Shown one piece after another: positions 20,701 through 29,423 of a stretch of 64,000 nt of DNA. The notes under the pieces are model-generated. The model saw nothing but the letters and a program-made list of their open reading frames with translations. It was not told the DNA's origin and searched no databases. Each line of letters opens with the position of its first letter. The stretch's first letter is position 1. Origin of the DNA: Rhodothermales bacterium (GTDB lineage Bacteria; Bacteroidota; Rhodothermia; Rhodothermales; VXPQ01); NCBI GenBank assembly GCA_040904565.1, contig JBBDTI010000030.1, positions 59,772 through 123,771 of the forward strand, read 5' to 3'. Made by a program: the position numbers and the translations under genes.

Positions 20701-22447
20701 GCGTAAGGGTGACGGCATAGGCGCCGGGGGACGAATAGGTGTGTGAAGTGATAACTCCGGTACCTGCCGTTCCATCTCCGAAGTTCCATGAATAGCTGCT
20801 GATAGCACCGTCATCCGTCGAAGCCGACGCATCGAAGCTGACGTCGAGCGGTGCATACCCGGACATCGGCGTGGCCGAGAAGCTTGCGACGGGAAGCATG
20901 TTGTCTGTCGCGATCACCTCGATGGCCGAGATCATGGGGAAATCGACGGCGGCGAGAAAGTCCAGATTCAGGATGCCGTCGGCGATGCCGACCTGGAATT
21001 CTTTGATAAGGGCCGTAACGGGAGGGACTTCGGCAGTAATGTCGAAGTTCTCGAGGACTTTCATGCCCTCGAGCCATACGTCGAAGACGCGCTTTCCCTC
21101 CCCTCCCTCGGAGCCGGAACAGTTTCCGTGAGCGATTTCGGCAAAATGGAGACGGATGTTATAGACGCCGGCGATCGCGGGAATGGCATAGTGAAATGGG
21201 TTTCCGTCGGAATATTCCGTTCGGTACAGCTCGTCGTCCTCCGTACCGGCAATGTCGCCAAGGTCGCATTTCGGGGTGTAGCTTCCTCCTCCTGAAGAGT
21301 AGATGTCGGCCAGATAGGTTACGTCGCTCGTCGTTACCAGAGGCCCACCGGCGTTGATCCGGATATCCTGTAGTCCGGCAACGGGTGATGACGGCGTTAC
21401 GTTGGACACGAGATAGACGTTATCCTGATAGTCGTAATTGATGCCGGCGAAGTCCATCGCCATGATGTACGTATTGGGCATGACGGTGCCCTGCCGATCC
21501 TTTGCGGGCCAGAATCGAACGTGCTGACCGCAGGTGTCGAGTCCCCCGCTGCAGTCATCATTCGACGAGTCATTCCTGGCGGGGTCGGACCACTCGTTGC
21601 TTTGTATCCGGAATCCGAATACGCCGTCGGCTTCTACGGCCGATGGCATAAAGCTGCCTTCGGCGGGAAGCGCCGAATTAATTCTCCGCGGAAGAATCGT
21701 TTGCGAATCCTCGGCCTCTTGGCGGAAGATCATGTTGGCCGAAAAGCTTCCCTTTGCATGCCAGAAGATGCGATGCGCCTCCGGATACGTATGCCAGGCC
21801 GCCACCTGTCGGACCTTAACCGGCTGCGCAACGTCTGCCTGCCGCCAGTAGGCAGAGATGATTTCGTCTCCAGTGGCAGTAATCTTTCCCCTCGTGTTGA
21901 GGTCCTGTTCGTCACCCACGAGTGTGGTCGTATAACCAAGTACTTCGATGATCTGTTGAAACGTTGGTTCTTTATCTCCTTCTGAAACGTTTTGCCAGTA
22001 TCCGCCAAGACTGATGTCGAGGTTGGGATTGACAGGGTCGTCTGAAGAGATCGTCAGCATCGCCGCGTGAACGCGACGCGCTGATTCGGTAATGAATCGA
22101 ATCGTGAGATCGACGGACGAGCCGGGAGCAATAGACAGTGGAAGCTGCGGCGGATTTTCGATGGACCAGCGCGAACGGTCGGGTCCGTTAAGCGTCAAAT
22201 CTGTGACCGAGAGCGCGGCCGTGCCCGCATTCGCAACGCGCAGAATGACACGCTCATGAACTCCGTTGGGCGGTGGCGCGCTGAGAGACCCGATTCGGCT
22301 AAAGGCAAGGCGGTCAGGAAATGGGGCGCCGTCGAGATTCGCTACCTCGATGCTCTGTGCCGTCACGCTCGAGGCACTCAGTACAGCGACAGCGAAGATG
22401 GAGAAGAGTAGGTGGAGCGTATATTGCGGTCCGATGTGCTGCGAAAT
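17762..22447 (-). CDS. Large T9SS-sorted protein: Ig-like + unknown domain, malectin, PKD, Kelch propeller, 2x(PKD + CBM-like), C-terminal sorting domain
   Basis: Malectin RINAGG..LYRTE..VFDV; PKD FDASAS..YSWNFGDG; Kelch repeats (YSFGG..YDP..W); tail GNYPNPFNP..LASGLYLYRI. Track start is GTG 22366; the signal peptide needs the ATT at 22447 (see findings). Confidence 0.88.
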   Translation of the reverse strand: MSQHIGPQYTLHLLFSIFAVAVLSASSVTAQSIEVANLDGAPFPDRLAFSRIGSLSAPPPNGVHERVILRVANAGTAALSVTDLTLNGPDRSRWSIENPPQLPLSIAPGSSVDLTIRFITESARRVHAAMLTISSDDPVNPNLDISLGGYWQNVSEGDKEPTFQQIIEVLGYTTTLVGDEQDLNTRGKITATGDEIISAYWRQADVAQPVKVRQVAAWHTYPEAHRIFWHAKGSFSANMIFRQEAEDSQTILPRRINSALPAEGSFMPSAVEADGVFGFRIQSNEWSDPARNDSSNDDCSGGLDTCGQHVRFWPAKDRQGTVMPNTYIMAMDFAGINYDYQDNVYLVSNVTPSSPVAGLQDIRINAGGPLVTTSDVTYLADIYSSGGGSYTPKCDLGDIAGTEDDELYRTEYSDGNPFHYAIPAIAGVYNIRLHFAEIAHGNCSGSEGGEGKRVFDVWLEGMKVLENFDITAEVPPVTALIKEFQVGIADGILNLDFLAAVDFPMISAIEVIATDNMLPVASFSATPMSGYAPLDVSFDASASTDDGAISSYSWNFGDGTAGTGVITSHTYSSPGAYAVTLTLQDDEGAWKSSSKTITVGQAGATSDLSEATWSQVSPQPVKNAEGQGAVVGGKLYSFGGFDSQKSCCTPTKRSYVYDPGANTWTAIADLPHANGGGATHHGVTTDGTNIYIAGGYIADATGTAQIFGTREVFGYNLATNTYSPLPELPVERAGGGLEYFDGKLHYFGGTNIERTIDVADHFVLDLANTPGGWTIAASLPNARHHMASAVLGSSIFAIGGQHKHDDNLVTQTSVHAYNAESDTWAPVADLPLARSHHAAAILDGRIISLGGERKHGIALANVDVYDPATNSWTSMTPLPVKRRSGIAGVINDIMYYSGGANAAQTFMGVPAGLINTAPVASFSATPQEGEAPLAVTFDASASIDSDGTIVSYAWDFGEVAGVDTTTTEGSASYTYNAAGAYIVTLVVTDNDGATSTSSDTVSVTSGSGGVAFVESGGQVVIEAENHHGNFETASHSWIVHTASGNVGSSMIADPNTDANFNDPTLSPNLQYQIEFSTTGTYYVWTRVWGETWKDDSFYLGLNGEPVPHGIQLRKDERSTWTWATLLMGTSTPATVEVTSTGLYTVGIWMREDGLIVDRLLLTTDPHFTPSGDGPAESVQTDDTNAVPVASFSATPKEGEAPLAVTFDASASTDSDGTIVSYAWDFGEVAGVDTTTTEGSASYTYNAAGAYIVTLVVTDNDGATSTSSDTVSVTSGSGGVAFVESGGQVVIEAENHHGNFETASHSWIVHTASGNVGSSMIADPNTDANFNDPTLSPNLQYQIEFSTTGTYYVWTRVWGETWKDDSFYLGLNGEPVPHGIQLRKDERSTWTWATLLMGTSTPATVEVTSTGLYTVGIWMREDGLIVDRLLLTTDPHFTPSGDGPAESVQTDDTNAATTEPSLQAAGMTLQGDPLPDRFELSGNYPNPFNPRTTIEFSLPESAHVRLEVFDVLGRRVALLVDEGMEPGFHRAAFDANGLASGLYLYRIQAGTFVGVAKMILLE
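18085..19698. repeat. 807-bp intragenic tandem duplication (18085-18891 and 18892-19698)
   Basis: Appears identical by eye for about 728 bp, then a few mismatches near the unit end; encodes a 269-aa PKD + CBM-like module. Confidence 0.95.
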
Positions 22448-22546
22448 AGTAAGCGCCTCCTTGCAGGTGTGGCTGGTCTAAAGGGGACTCGATCTATAAG
22501 AAGAGTCGTAACGATTCGTTGGAGATACGGAACGCAAGGCCCCGAT

Positions 22547-25500
22547 CTATTTACTGAGGATCATTTTTGACGTCCGAACAAACGACCCTGCACGAAGACG
22601 GTATACGTATACGCCGCTCGAAAGCCTTCCGGCATCGTAGGCTATGCCGTAAACGCCCGCCTGCTGCATCCTGTCGACGAGCAGGTCGACTCGGCGGCCG
22701 AAGAGGTCGAACACTTCGAGACGCACGTGCGCTTCCTGCGGCAGCGAGTACTCGATGGTCGTGATCGGGTTGAAAGGATTCGGGTAGTTTTTCGCCAGTT
22801 CGAAGCGGTCCGGGATGATCTGGTTGCCGAGAATGGGGCGATCGCTCGCGCGGCTGAATGCAAGGATCGGCGTATCAGGGGCGACGATGGCATACTGAAC
22901 GCTCGCACGCGGACTTTCCGACGGACCGTCGCCGGTGGGTGTATACGCAGCGTCGGTCGTTAGAACAAGGCGGTCCAGATACACGCCGTCCTCTCTCATC
23001 CAGACGTTGACAACCCGGAGCCCGGCGGAATCGATTTGAAGCGTAGCCGGTTCCACATCCATCGTCTTGTTGATCCACCGCCACCTCGAAAATTGTGGCC
23101 CCATCGTCATTCGGTCGGCAGTAGATACCGGTTGACTATCCAGGCCGACGTGCCATGAATCGCTGTCGCCTCCTTCGGCGTAGGCGCGCACCCATACGTA
23201 ATACGTTCCCGTCGTACTGAAATGCACGACGTACTGCAGTTCGGGAGACGTGGTAGCATAGTCCGTATCGATATTGGTCAGTGTGACCGGCTCGGGCCGT
23301 ACGGAGCCATTGACGGCACCACCCGGATCTCTAGATATCCAACTATGGTCGTTCCGAGCTATGGTGGTGTCGAAGTGTTCCGCTTCTATCGTGACCTGGC
23401 CGTCTGATTCAGCGAACGCGAGGACTGTCGTTTCGGTTGGCTCCTCTCCTGCAGGTTGATCTGAAACCGGGCGGAGAAGCGTAATCTTTCCGTTGCCGCC
23501 GAACTCCGAAACATAGATATGGCCGTTGGCGAGGTTCTCCGTAAGGTCGATCGGATCGGTGAGCTGGGTAAATCCGGTGATCCCGACCAAATCGCCATCC
23601 GACGGAATGAGTCCGGTGGAAGCATCCGGTGTGAGAACGATGATGTCGTCTCCACCACTGTAGCGCGCCACGAGCAATTTTCCTTGCAACGCACCGTCGA
23701 GCACCGCGCTTTGGTACTCGATGACGCCGTTCGGTGAGATATTCCGTCCAAAATTAAACGCGATCCCCTTCCATGCGGCATCCGGAGCCACACCGACGGG
23801 ATAGCGATTCACCTGTGCGAGGTCAGTTTGATCGGTCGGATTGCCCCCGTTCAGTGTGTATTCGCCACGCGTGGGGTTGGGATGGCCATAATAGGAATAC
23901 GCCCACGAACCGCCGGATGGCGGCGGCATGACATACAGGTAATCGTTCTGCGTCTCCACGCTGTCTATCGCCGGAACGAACGGTCCGCCGTACGGCTGGC
24001 CGTCCGGCCGCATCGTTCCGGTGACGCTTTCCGGCGCCTTTCCGTTGGCTGCGGATCCGTTCGTGGGCACATACAGCGAACCGTTGGAGTGCCAGACGAG
24101 GTCGTACGCATTTCGGATACCCGTGGCGAATACCTTGACCGGTACACCTGGGGCATACGGATCGTACGATCCATCATCCGTCCGCACATTGAGTGGCAGC
24201 GATATGAGCGCATTCAATGCCGAGATGTCTATCCGAAGAACGGCCGCCGTAAGTAGTCGTTCGGGTCTGTTGCCCCATGCCTTGTCGGGCGCCCCCATGG
24301 CCGTGTTGCTGCCCTGGCTCACGTACATCGCACCGTCCGGCCCAAAGGCGATGCCGTTCGTGACGTGATCTCGAAGAGATCGCGGAAGGTCGACCACGTA
24401 GTCCTTCACGGCCTCGAGATCTGGTCCGCTCAGCCGGGTGATCTTGCTGCCCCACTCCGGCATTCCGGTAAAGCCAAATGTACTGTGCGAGATCCAGGCG
24501 ATTAAGTTGGTGGCCGTCGCGGCGGGGTCAAATGCGAGGCCGATGAGCAGGCGATCTCCCCCCTCGGCGATTCGCAGTGCGTCGAGGGTTTCGCCGTTCG
24601 AAAGGGTACCGTCTGATCGGACCGTCCACCGCCGAATCGGGCCGTGCTGTTCCGCCGCATACAATTTTCCGTCCGGCCCCAACGTCAGGCTCGTGAATTT
24701 TCCCGTCGTACCGGCGAGGGCCACCGGCTCGAATTCGATTGTCGTCGCGGCGTCTCCCGTGGGCGTCGCTCCTGTCGTAAAGCTTATGAGTGTGGAGATG
24801 AAGGATGCGCCGGCGAGGTCCTTCAAATCCTCGGTGATCTCGAAAACGTAGGGTGTGTTTGCAGCGAGCAGCACCGTGGGCTGTAGCACGATGGCGTCGC
24901 CTCCACCGCTGGTATTGAGATTTGACGGGATGATGTCCTGCGGCGCGTTGGACGGATAGAGCCTGACGCTGTTCGAGGTGAGGGTGGCCGGATCGATCCC
25001 CAGCCCCTCGTTCGGAAGAAGCACATCCGCGGCGACGAAGCTGTCACGAGGTACGTCCGCCGCACGATCTTCGGGAGCGGTGCCCGTCACGGAAGGGCGC
25101 TCCAGCAGGTAGGGCTTTACGTTTGAGACGAGGTAGATGTTATCCTGATAGCCGAACGTGCCGACCGAAAAATCCATCGCCATTATATACGCGTTCAAAA
25201 TGGGCCGTCCGTTTCGCATCCTCGCGGGCCAGAAGCGGACGTGCTGCCCACACGTATCCGGTCCACTGATGCAGTCGTCGTTCGACGTATCGTTCAGCCT
25301 CGGATTGCTCCACTGATCTTCTTCTATGCGGAAGCCGAAGGCCCCGCCCGCGATGGCGGCCGATGGGGTAAAATTTCCTTTTGCCGGAGTGGCGACACCG
25401 CTTCTACGCGGCACTACGCTCTGGGCGTCTTCGGCTTCGTGGGTGAAGATGGCCGTCGTGTTTATACTTCCCGTATAGTGCCAGCTGATTTGATGCCCCT

Positions 25501-26143
25501 CCGGATACGCGTGGAATGCGGCGAGCTGCTGAACCGTCACCGGCAATGCGCCTTCAGCCTGCTGCCAGAACGGTGAGAGAATTTCTTCCCCGGTCGCCAC
25601 TTGCTTACCATTCGTGTAGAAATCCTCTCCTTCGTAGGCGAGCGCTGTCTTGTAGCCATAGATGTTGATCAACTGCTGCAGGGACGGCTCGTCCCCGTTC
25701 TCCGAGAGCTCCTGCCAGTACCCTCGGAGCTGCACGACAAACGTCGGTTTTTTCGGATCATTCGATGAGACGCTCAGCTTTGCAGAGTGGATGCGTTGTC
25801 GGGATTGAGCCACAAACGTGAGCGTGACGTCTGCGAAGGAGCCCGGCTCGATCGTGAATGGAACTGGTGGCGCCGCATCGACGACCCAGCTGTTCGCGTG
25901 TGAGCCACCAAGTGCAAGCAACGTGACGATCAGTTCGGAATCTCCTTTGTTGCGTACGCGCACGGTGGCACGATCGTGCACACCGTTCGGAGGCGGTATG
26001 CCTGTTTCACCGATCCGGTTGAATACGAGCCGATTCGGGAACGGGACGCCATCCGGATTCGAAACGATGATGCTTTGCGCGGAGGCACAGGTAGTCGCAA
26101 GGACGCAAGTGCACGCCAATAAAAAAGATCGCCTTAGGCTCAT
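22547..26143 (-). CDS. Large T9SS-sorted protein: shared N-terminal domains, Ig-like (Big_5-type), sugar-dehydrogenase-type propeller, CBM-like, sorting domain
   Basis: Signal MSLRRSFLL..ASA|QS; HVTNGIAFGPDGAMY; GIRNAYDLVWH; tail KNYPNPFNP..LSSGVYVYRL. Start uncertain (track 26377). Confidence 0.85.
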   Translation of the reverse strand: MSLRRSFLLACTCVLATTCASAQSIIVSNPDGVPFPNRLVFNRIGETGIPPPNGVHDRATVRVRNKGDSELIVTLLALGGSHANSWVVDAAPPVPFTIEPGSFADVTLTFVAQSRQRIHSAKLSVSSNDPKKPTFVVQLRGYWQELSENGDEPSLQQLINIYGYKTALAYEGEDFYTNGKQVATGEEILSPFWQQAEGALPVTVQQLAAFHAYPEGHQISWHYTGSINTTAIFTHEAEDAQSVVPRRSGVATPAKGNFTPSAAIAGGAFGFRIEEDQWSNPRLNDTSNDDCISGPDTCGQHVRFWPARMRNGRPILNAYIMAMDFSVGTFGYQDNIYLVSNVKPYLLERPSVTGTAPEDRAADVPRDSFVAADVLLPNEGLGIDPATLTSNSVRLYPSNAPQDIIPSNLNTSGGGDAIVLQPTVLLAANTPYVFEITEDLKDLAGASFISTLISFTTGATPTGDAATTIEFEPVALAGTTGKFTSLTLGPDGKLYAAEQHGPIRRWTVRSDGTLSNGETLDALRIAEGGDRLLIGLAFDPAATATNLIAWISHSTFGFTGMPEWGSKITRLSGPDLEAVKDYVVDLPRSLRDHVTNGIAFGPDGAMYVSQGSNTAMGAPDKAWGNRPERLLTAAVLRIDISALNALISLPLNVRTDDGSYDPYAPGVPVKVFATGIRNAYDLVWHSNGSLYVPTNGSAANGKAPESVTGTMRPDGQPYGGPFVPAIDSVETQNDYLYVMPPPSGGSWAYSYYGHPNPTRGEYTLNGGNPTDQTDLAQVNRYPVGVAPDAAWKGIAFNFGRNISPNGVIEYQSAVLDGALQGKLLVARYSGGDDIIVLTPDASTGLIPSDGDLVGITGFTQLTDPIDLTENLANGHIYVSEFGGNGKITLLRPVSDQPAGEEPTETTVLAFAESDGQVTIEAEHFDTTIARNDHSWISRDPGGAVNGSVRPEPVTLTNIDTDYATTSPELQYVVHFSTTGTYYVWVRAYAEGGDSDSWHVGLDSQPVSTADRMTMGPQFSRWRWINKTMDVEPATLQIDSAGLRVVNVWMREDGVYLDRLVLTTDAAYTPTGDGPSESPRASVQYAIVAPDTPILAFSRASDRPILGNQIIPDRFELAKNYPNPFNPITTIEYSLPQEAHVRLEVFDLFGRRVDLLVDRMQQAGVYGIAYDAGRLSSGVYVYRLRAGSFVRTSKMILSK

Positions 26144-26371
26144 TCTCGTCACGTTCTGTTCGCTCTTCATGCGCCCGCGTGGCCTCTTCATGCTGGCTCT
26201 ACCTTTACGCGTCTCGGAGTCGTACCGCCACCACAGCATTACGGAATCCGCGCTTGCGACTTGCTTCGGATCATCCGTCTCCGTTTCCGCACGCCGAATG
26301 CTCTGGGAGGACTCTGCTTTTGAATCGGGCATGCATTTTCTACGCGACTCGTCACCACACCACGAGCTATC

Positions 26372-28267
26372 TTGCATCTTCCGGGCAGAATGTTGAAAGT
26401 GAAGAAGCGAAGTCTCGCCGTCTCGTTCACACGAGGCGGATGGGCGGAGACGGATGACCCATCGACATCTTCAGATCTAGGCGAAAATCACGACCAAGCA
26501 CTCCGCTGGCGCCGCACGATCAGCGGGAAGGCAGCGTGGTGGTTCGCAGGACTGGCATTGTTCGCCGTTCTCGCAGCTGCAGCCGTGGCGACTACCCAGT
26601 GGCATCATGTGGCATTCAGTCTCGTCGCGCCCGCGAACGGATCCGTGGGCGTCAATCGTGATATCGAGATCGAAGCGCGGATCCACCATCGATGGACGGG
26701 TGAGGGGTTGGATGTGGGATCCGTCAATTCGTCTAACGTCAGGCTGTATCCGGCCGGTCAACCTGCCAGCGTGGTTGAGGTCGACATGCTGGTCGATGAA
26801 GAGGAAAGTGCGATTCGATTGCGTCCTCACCGTCTTCTCGCAGCGAATACGCCCTACGTCTTCGAAGTGACCGACGATGTCGTGGACCAATCAGAACGAG
26901 CAGCAGCGTTCCATAGAAGCACATTTCGGACGGGTTCGTTGCCCACGGGAGCGCTCCCGAACGTCGCTTTCTCGAAAGAGAGACTTTCGGGCACGGACGG
27001 ACAGCACACCACGTTGACGGTTGGCCCGGACGGCAAACTATACGCTGCCGGGATTAACGGAATGATCCGCCGATGGACGATCGACGGAGACGGCACCGTG
27101 CGAGATACGGAGGCTATTCCGACGCTATGGTTGCACGAAGGAATGATGCGCCTGCTAATAGGATTGACCTTCGACCCGTCATCAACGGCTGACAGCCTCA
27201 TCGCCTGGGTCAGCCATACGACGTCCGGCTATGAGGACATGCCGGATTGGGGGGGTAAAATTACTCGTCTCTCCGGACCGAATTTGGAGAACGCGGAAGA
27301 TTACGTCGCGCAGCTCCCGCGGTCTACCCGCGACCACGTCACGAACAGTCTCGTCTTCGGACCGGATGGTGCTCTTTACGTTCTTCAGGGCGGCAACACG
27401 TCGATCGGCGATGTGGACGCGGATTGGGGGAACCGACCGGAGCGGATGCTCAGCGCCGCGGTCCTGCGCGTCGACGTCGACGCGCTCGCATCGGGTACGG
27501 AACGGCCGCTTGATGCGAAGACCGAAGATGGCGGCACCTACGATCCTTTGGATCCGACAGCACCCCTAAGGATCTATGCGTCGGGAATTCGGAATGCGTA
27601 CGATGCCGTGTGGCATAGCAATGGGTACCTCTATGTGCCCAACAATGGCGGGGCGAAGGGCGGCCGAACGCCGGAGGCGGTTGGTGGTACGCTTCGACCG
27701 GACGGCAGGCCGTATGTGGGTCCATCCGTTCCCTCCATCTCGAATATCCTGGTCGAGGATGACGTTCTCTATCGAGTTCCACCCATGTCCGAAGATGGAC
27801 AAATCCGCTACCGGTATTATGGGCATCCGAATCCGATTCGAGGCGAATACGTCTTGGATGGCGGCAACCCAACCGCCGGCCTGGACCGGGGTGAAGTAGA
27901 TTTGTATCCTGTCGGCGTTGAGCCGGATGAGGACTGGGAGGGCTTCGTCTACAACTTCGGAACGCATACCTCACCAACAGGCGTGATCGAATATCATGGC
28001 GATGCCTTCAACGGAGCGCTGTCAGGACACTTGATCATCGCATTCTATGGCGGTCGTGCGAGCGGCAATCTGATCGTTTTGCGCCCGGATTCGGACGGTG
28101 GAATCGTTGCGTGGGACGACGTTCTTGGCATTCCGGGATTGACGGGCTTTGACAACGCGCTCGACATCACTGAGGATGTCAGAACGGGCTTTCTCTACGT
28201 TTCCCAGATGGGCGACGGAGGCGGCATCATGCTCTTACGTCCGATCGAAGCGATGGGCCAAGAGTGA
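26372..28267 (+). CDS. Ig-like + sugar-dehydrogenase-type propeller protein with N-terminal hydrophobic anchor; paralog of the divergent neighbour, no T9SS tail
   Basis: Shares LLAANTPYVFE, GPDGKLYAA, RDHVTN, WGNRPER, GIRNAYD, YYGHPNP.RGEY with 22547-26143; start uncertain. Confidence 0.85.
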   Translation: MHLPGRMLKVKKRSLAVSFTRGGWAETDDPSTSSDLGENHDQALRWRRTISGKAAWWFAGLALFAVLAAAAVATTQWHHVAFSLVAPANGSVGVNRDIEIEARIHHRWTGEGLDVGSVNSSNVRLYPAGQPASVVEVDMLVDEEESAIRLRPHRLLAANTPYVFEVTDDVVDQSERAAAFHRSTFRTGSLPTGALPNVAFSKERLSGTDGQHTTLTVGPDGKLYAAGINGMIRRWTIDGDGTVRDTEAIPTLWLHEGMMRLLIGLTFDPSSTADSLIAWVSHTTSGYEDMPDWGGKITRLSGPNLENAEDYVAQLPRSTRDHVTNSLVFGPDGALYVLQGGNTSIGDVDADWGNRPERMLSAAVLRVDVDALASGTERPLDAKTEDGGTYDPLDPTAPLRIYASGIRNAYDAVWHSNGYLYVPNNGGAKGGRTPEAVGGTLRPDGRPYVGPSVPSISNILVEDDVLYRVPPMSEDGQIRYRYYGHPNPIRGEYVLDGGNPTAGLDRGEVDLYPVGVEPDEDWEGFVYNFGTHTSPTGVIEYHGDAFNGALSGHLIIAFYGGRASGNLIVLRPDSDGGIVAWDDVLGIPGLTGFDNALDITEDVRTGFLYVSQMGDGGGIMLLRPIEAMGQE

Positions 28268-28301
28268 TCTCCCCCCCAGGAAAAACGGACCCAACCTGAT
28301 C

Positions 28302-28400
28302 TGAACCGCCCCGGGTTTGCCCGAGACGCCAACATGTGAGAACTTGGAGTCATGGGCAGATTTCAACGGTACGCTCCCGAGGTCCACGATCTGGGGGTGC
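28302..28400 (+). mobile_element. IS3-family (IS51-group-like) left-end remnant with the first codons of orfA
   Basis: TGAACCGCCCCGGGTTTGCCCGAGAC, then GGAG and ATG 28352 giving MGRFQRYAPEV, like an orfA N-terminus. A second IS3-like end (TGATCTCCCCCCC..GGAC) may lie at 28265. Confidence 0.65.
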
Positions 28401-28464
28401 AACATCCCTTTATGGGCTACACACAACGGCTTGCCGAGGGTATGACGACAACCGGACCCGAATC

Positions 28465-29262
28465 ATGAGCGACCCCTTCGTCCCACACGTCGGCGGAATT
28501 CTCAGCGCCGACATCGCCGTTCCCGAACACGAACGCGAGGTGCGCTTCTAAGCGCGTGTACTCAGCACGGGCGAGCATCCTCTCTGGCGGGAGGACCTGA
28601 CGAACAACATCGGGATGCCGATCATCGGAGTGGGCGCACGCAGCTCCGAATATGCCCACCTTCCGCTCCAGTGGATGCCCCACGTTCAGGTCACCGACGT
28701 CGCAGTCAGTGTGGAGCGTGCGCTCGATCTGGGCGGCAGCGAGCTGATGCATTCCAAAAACGATGGTGGAGAGAGCCAGTGGGCCGTCCTACTCGATCCG
28801 AATGGGGCGGCGTTCGGGATTATCCCGGTCGTGCCCGCGGAGGCGATCCCCCCGGCGGATGGCTACGCGTCGAACGACGCGTCGGCGCGGGTGGGTCGTG
28901 TCGCCTGGATCAACCTGACCGTCTCCAACGCTTCCGCAACCCGGGACTTTTATCGACAGGTCGTTGGCTGGTCGGTGGAGGCGGTCGAGATGGCGGACGC
29001 AGGATAGGTCTACGCCGACTACAATATGCTGGGAGAGGATGGAAATCCCGCGGCGGGCGTCTGCCACGCGCGCGGAGCGAACGAGGATCTGCCGCCTGTC
29101 TGGATGATCTACCTCCCCGTGGCTGATATCACCGAAAGCCTCCGCCGAGTGGAGGAGCAAGGGGGTAAGATCGTCAAGGAGGCTCGGGGGAAAGATGGGG
29201 AGTACGCATATGCGGTGGTCCAGGACCTCGCCGGAGCGTACCTGGCGTTGTCGCCCGGGTGA
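28465..29262 (+). pseudogene. VOC/glyoxalase-family two-domain protein with two in-frame stops
   Basis: One frame from MSDPFVPH to LALSPG with TAA at 28549 and TAG at 29005; QWMPHVQV, DPNGAAFG, WMIYLPV motifs. Confidence 0.85.
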
Positions 29263-29423
29263 CGAGGTGCTTGCCCTCCGGCCAACTCCAGGCTACGACG
29301 GAGTGGGAAATCGGCTGAACACGTAGCCGAGCCCGGAAAAACGGTCCTGAACCTCGCTATTCCCGCCCGTATACCCTGCAACAGCTTCGGCGCTAGCCGT
29401 CACGTCGTCAAAACGTCAATACG

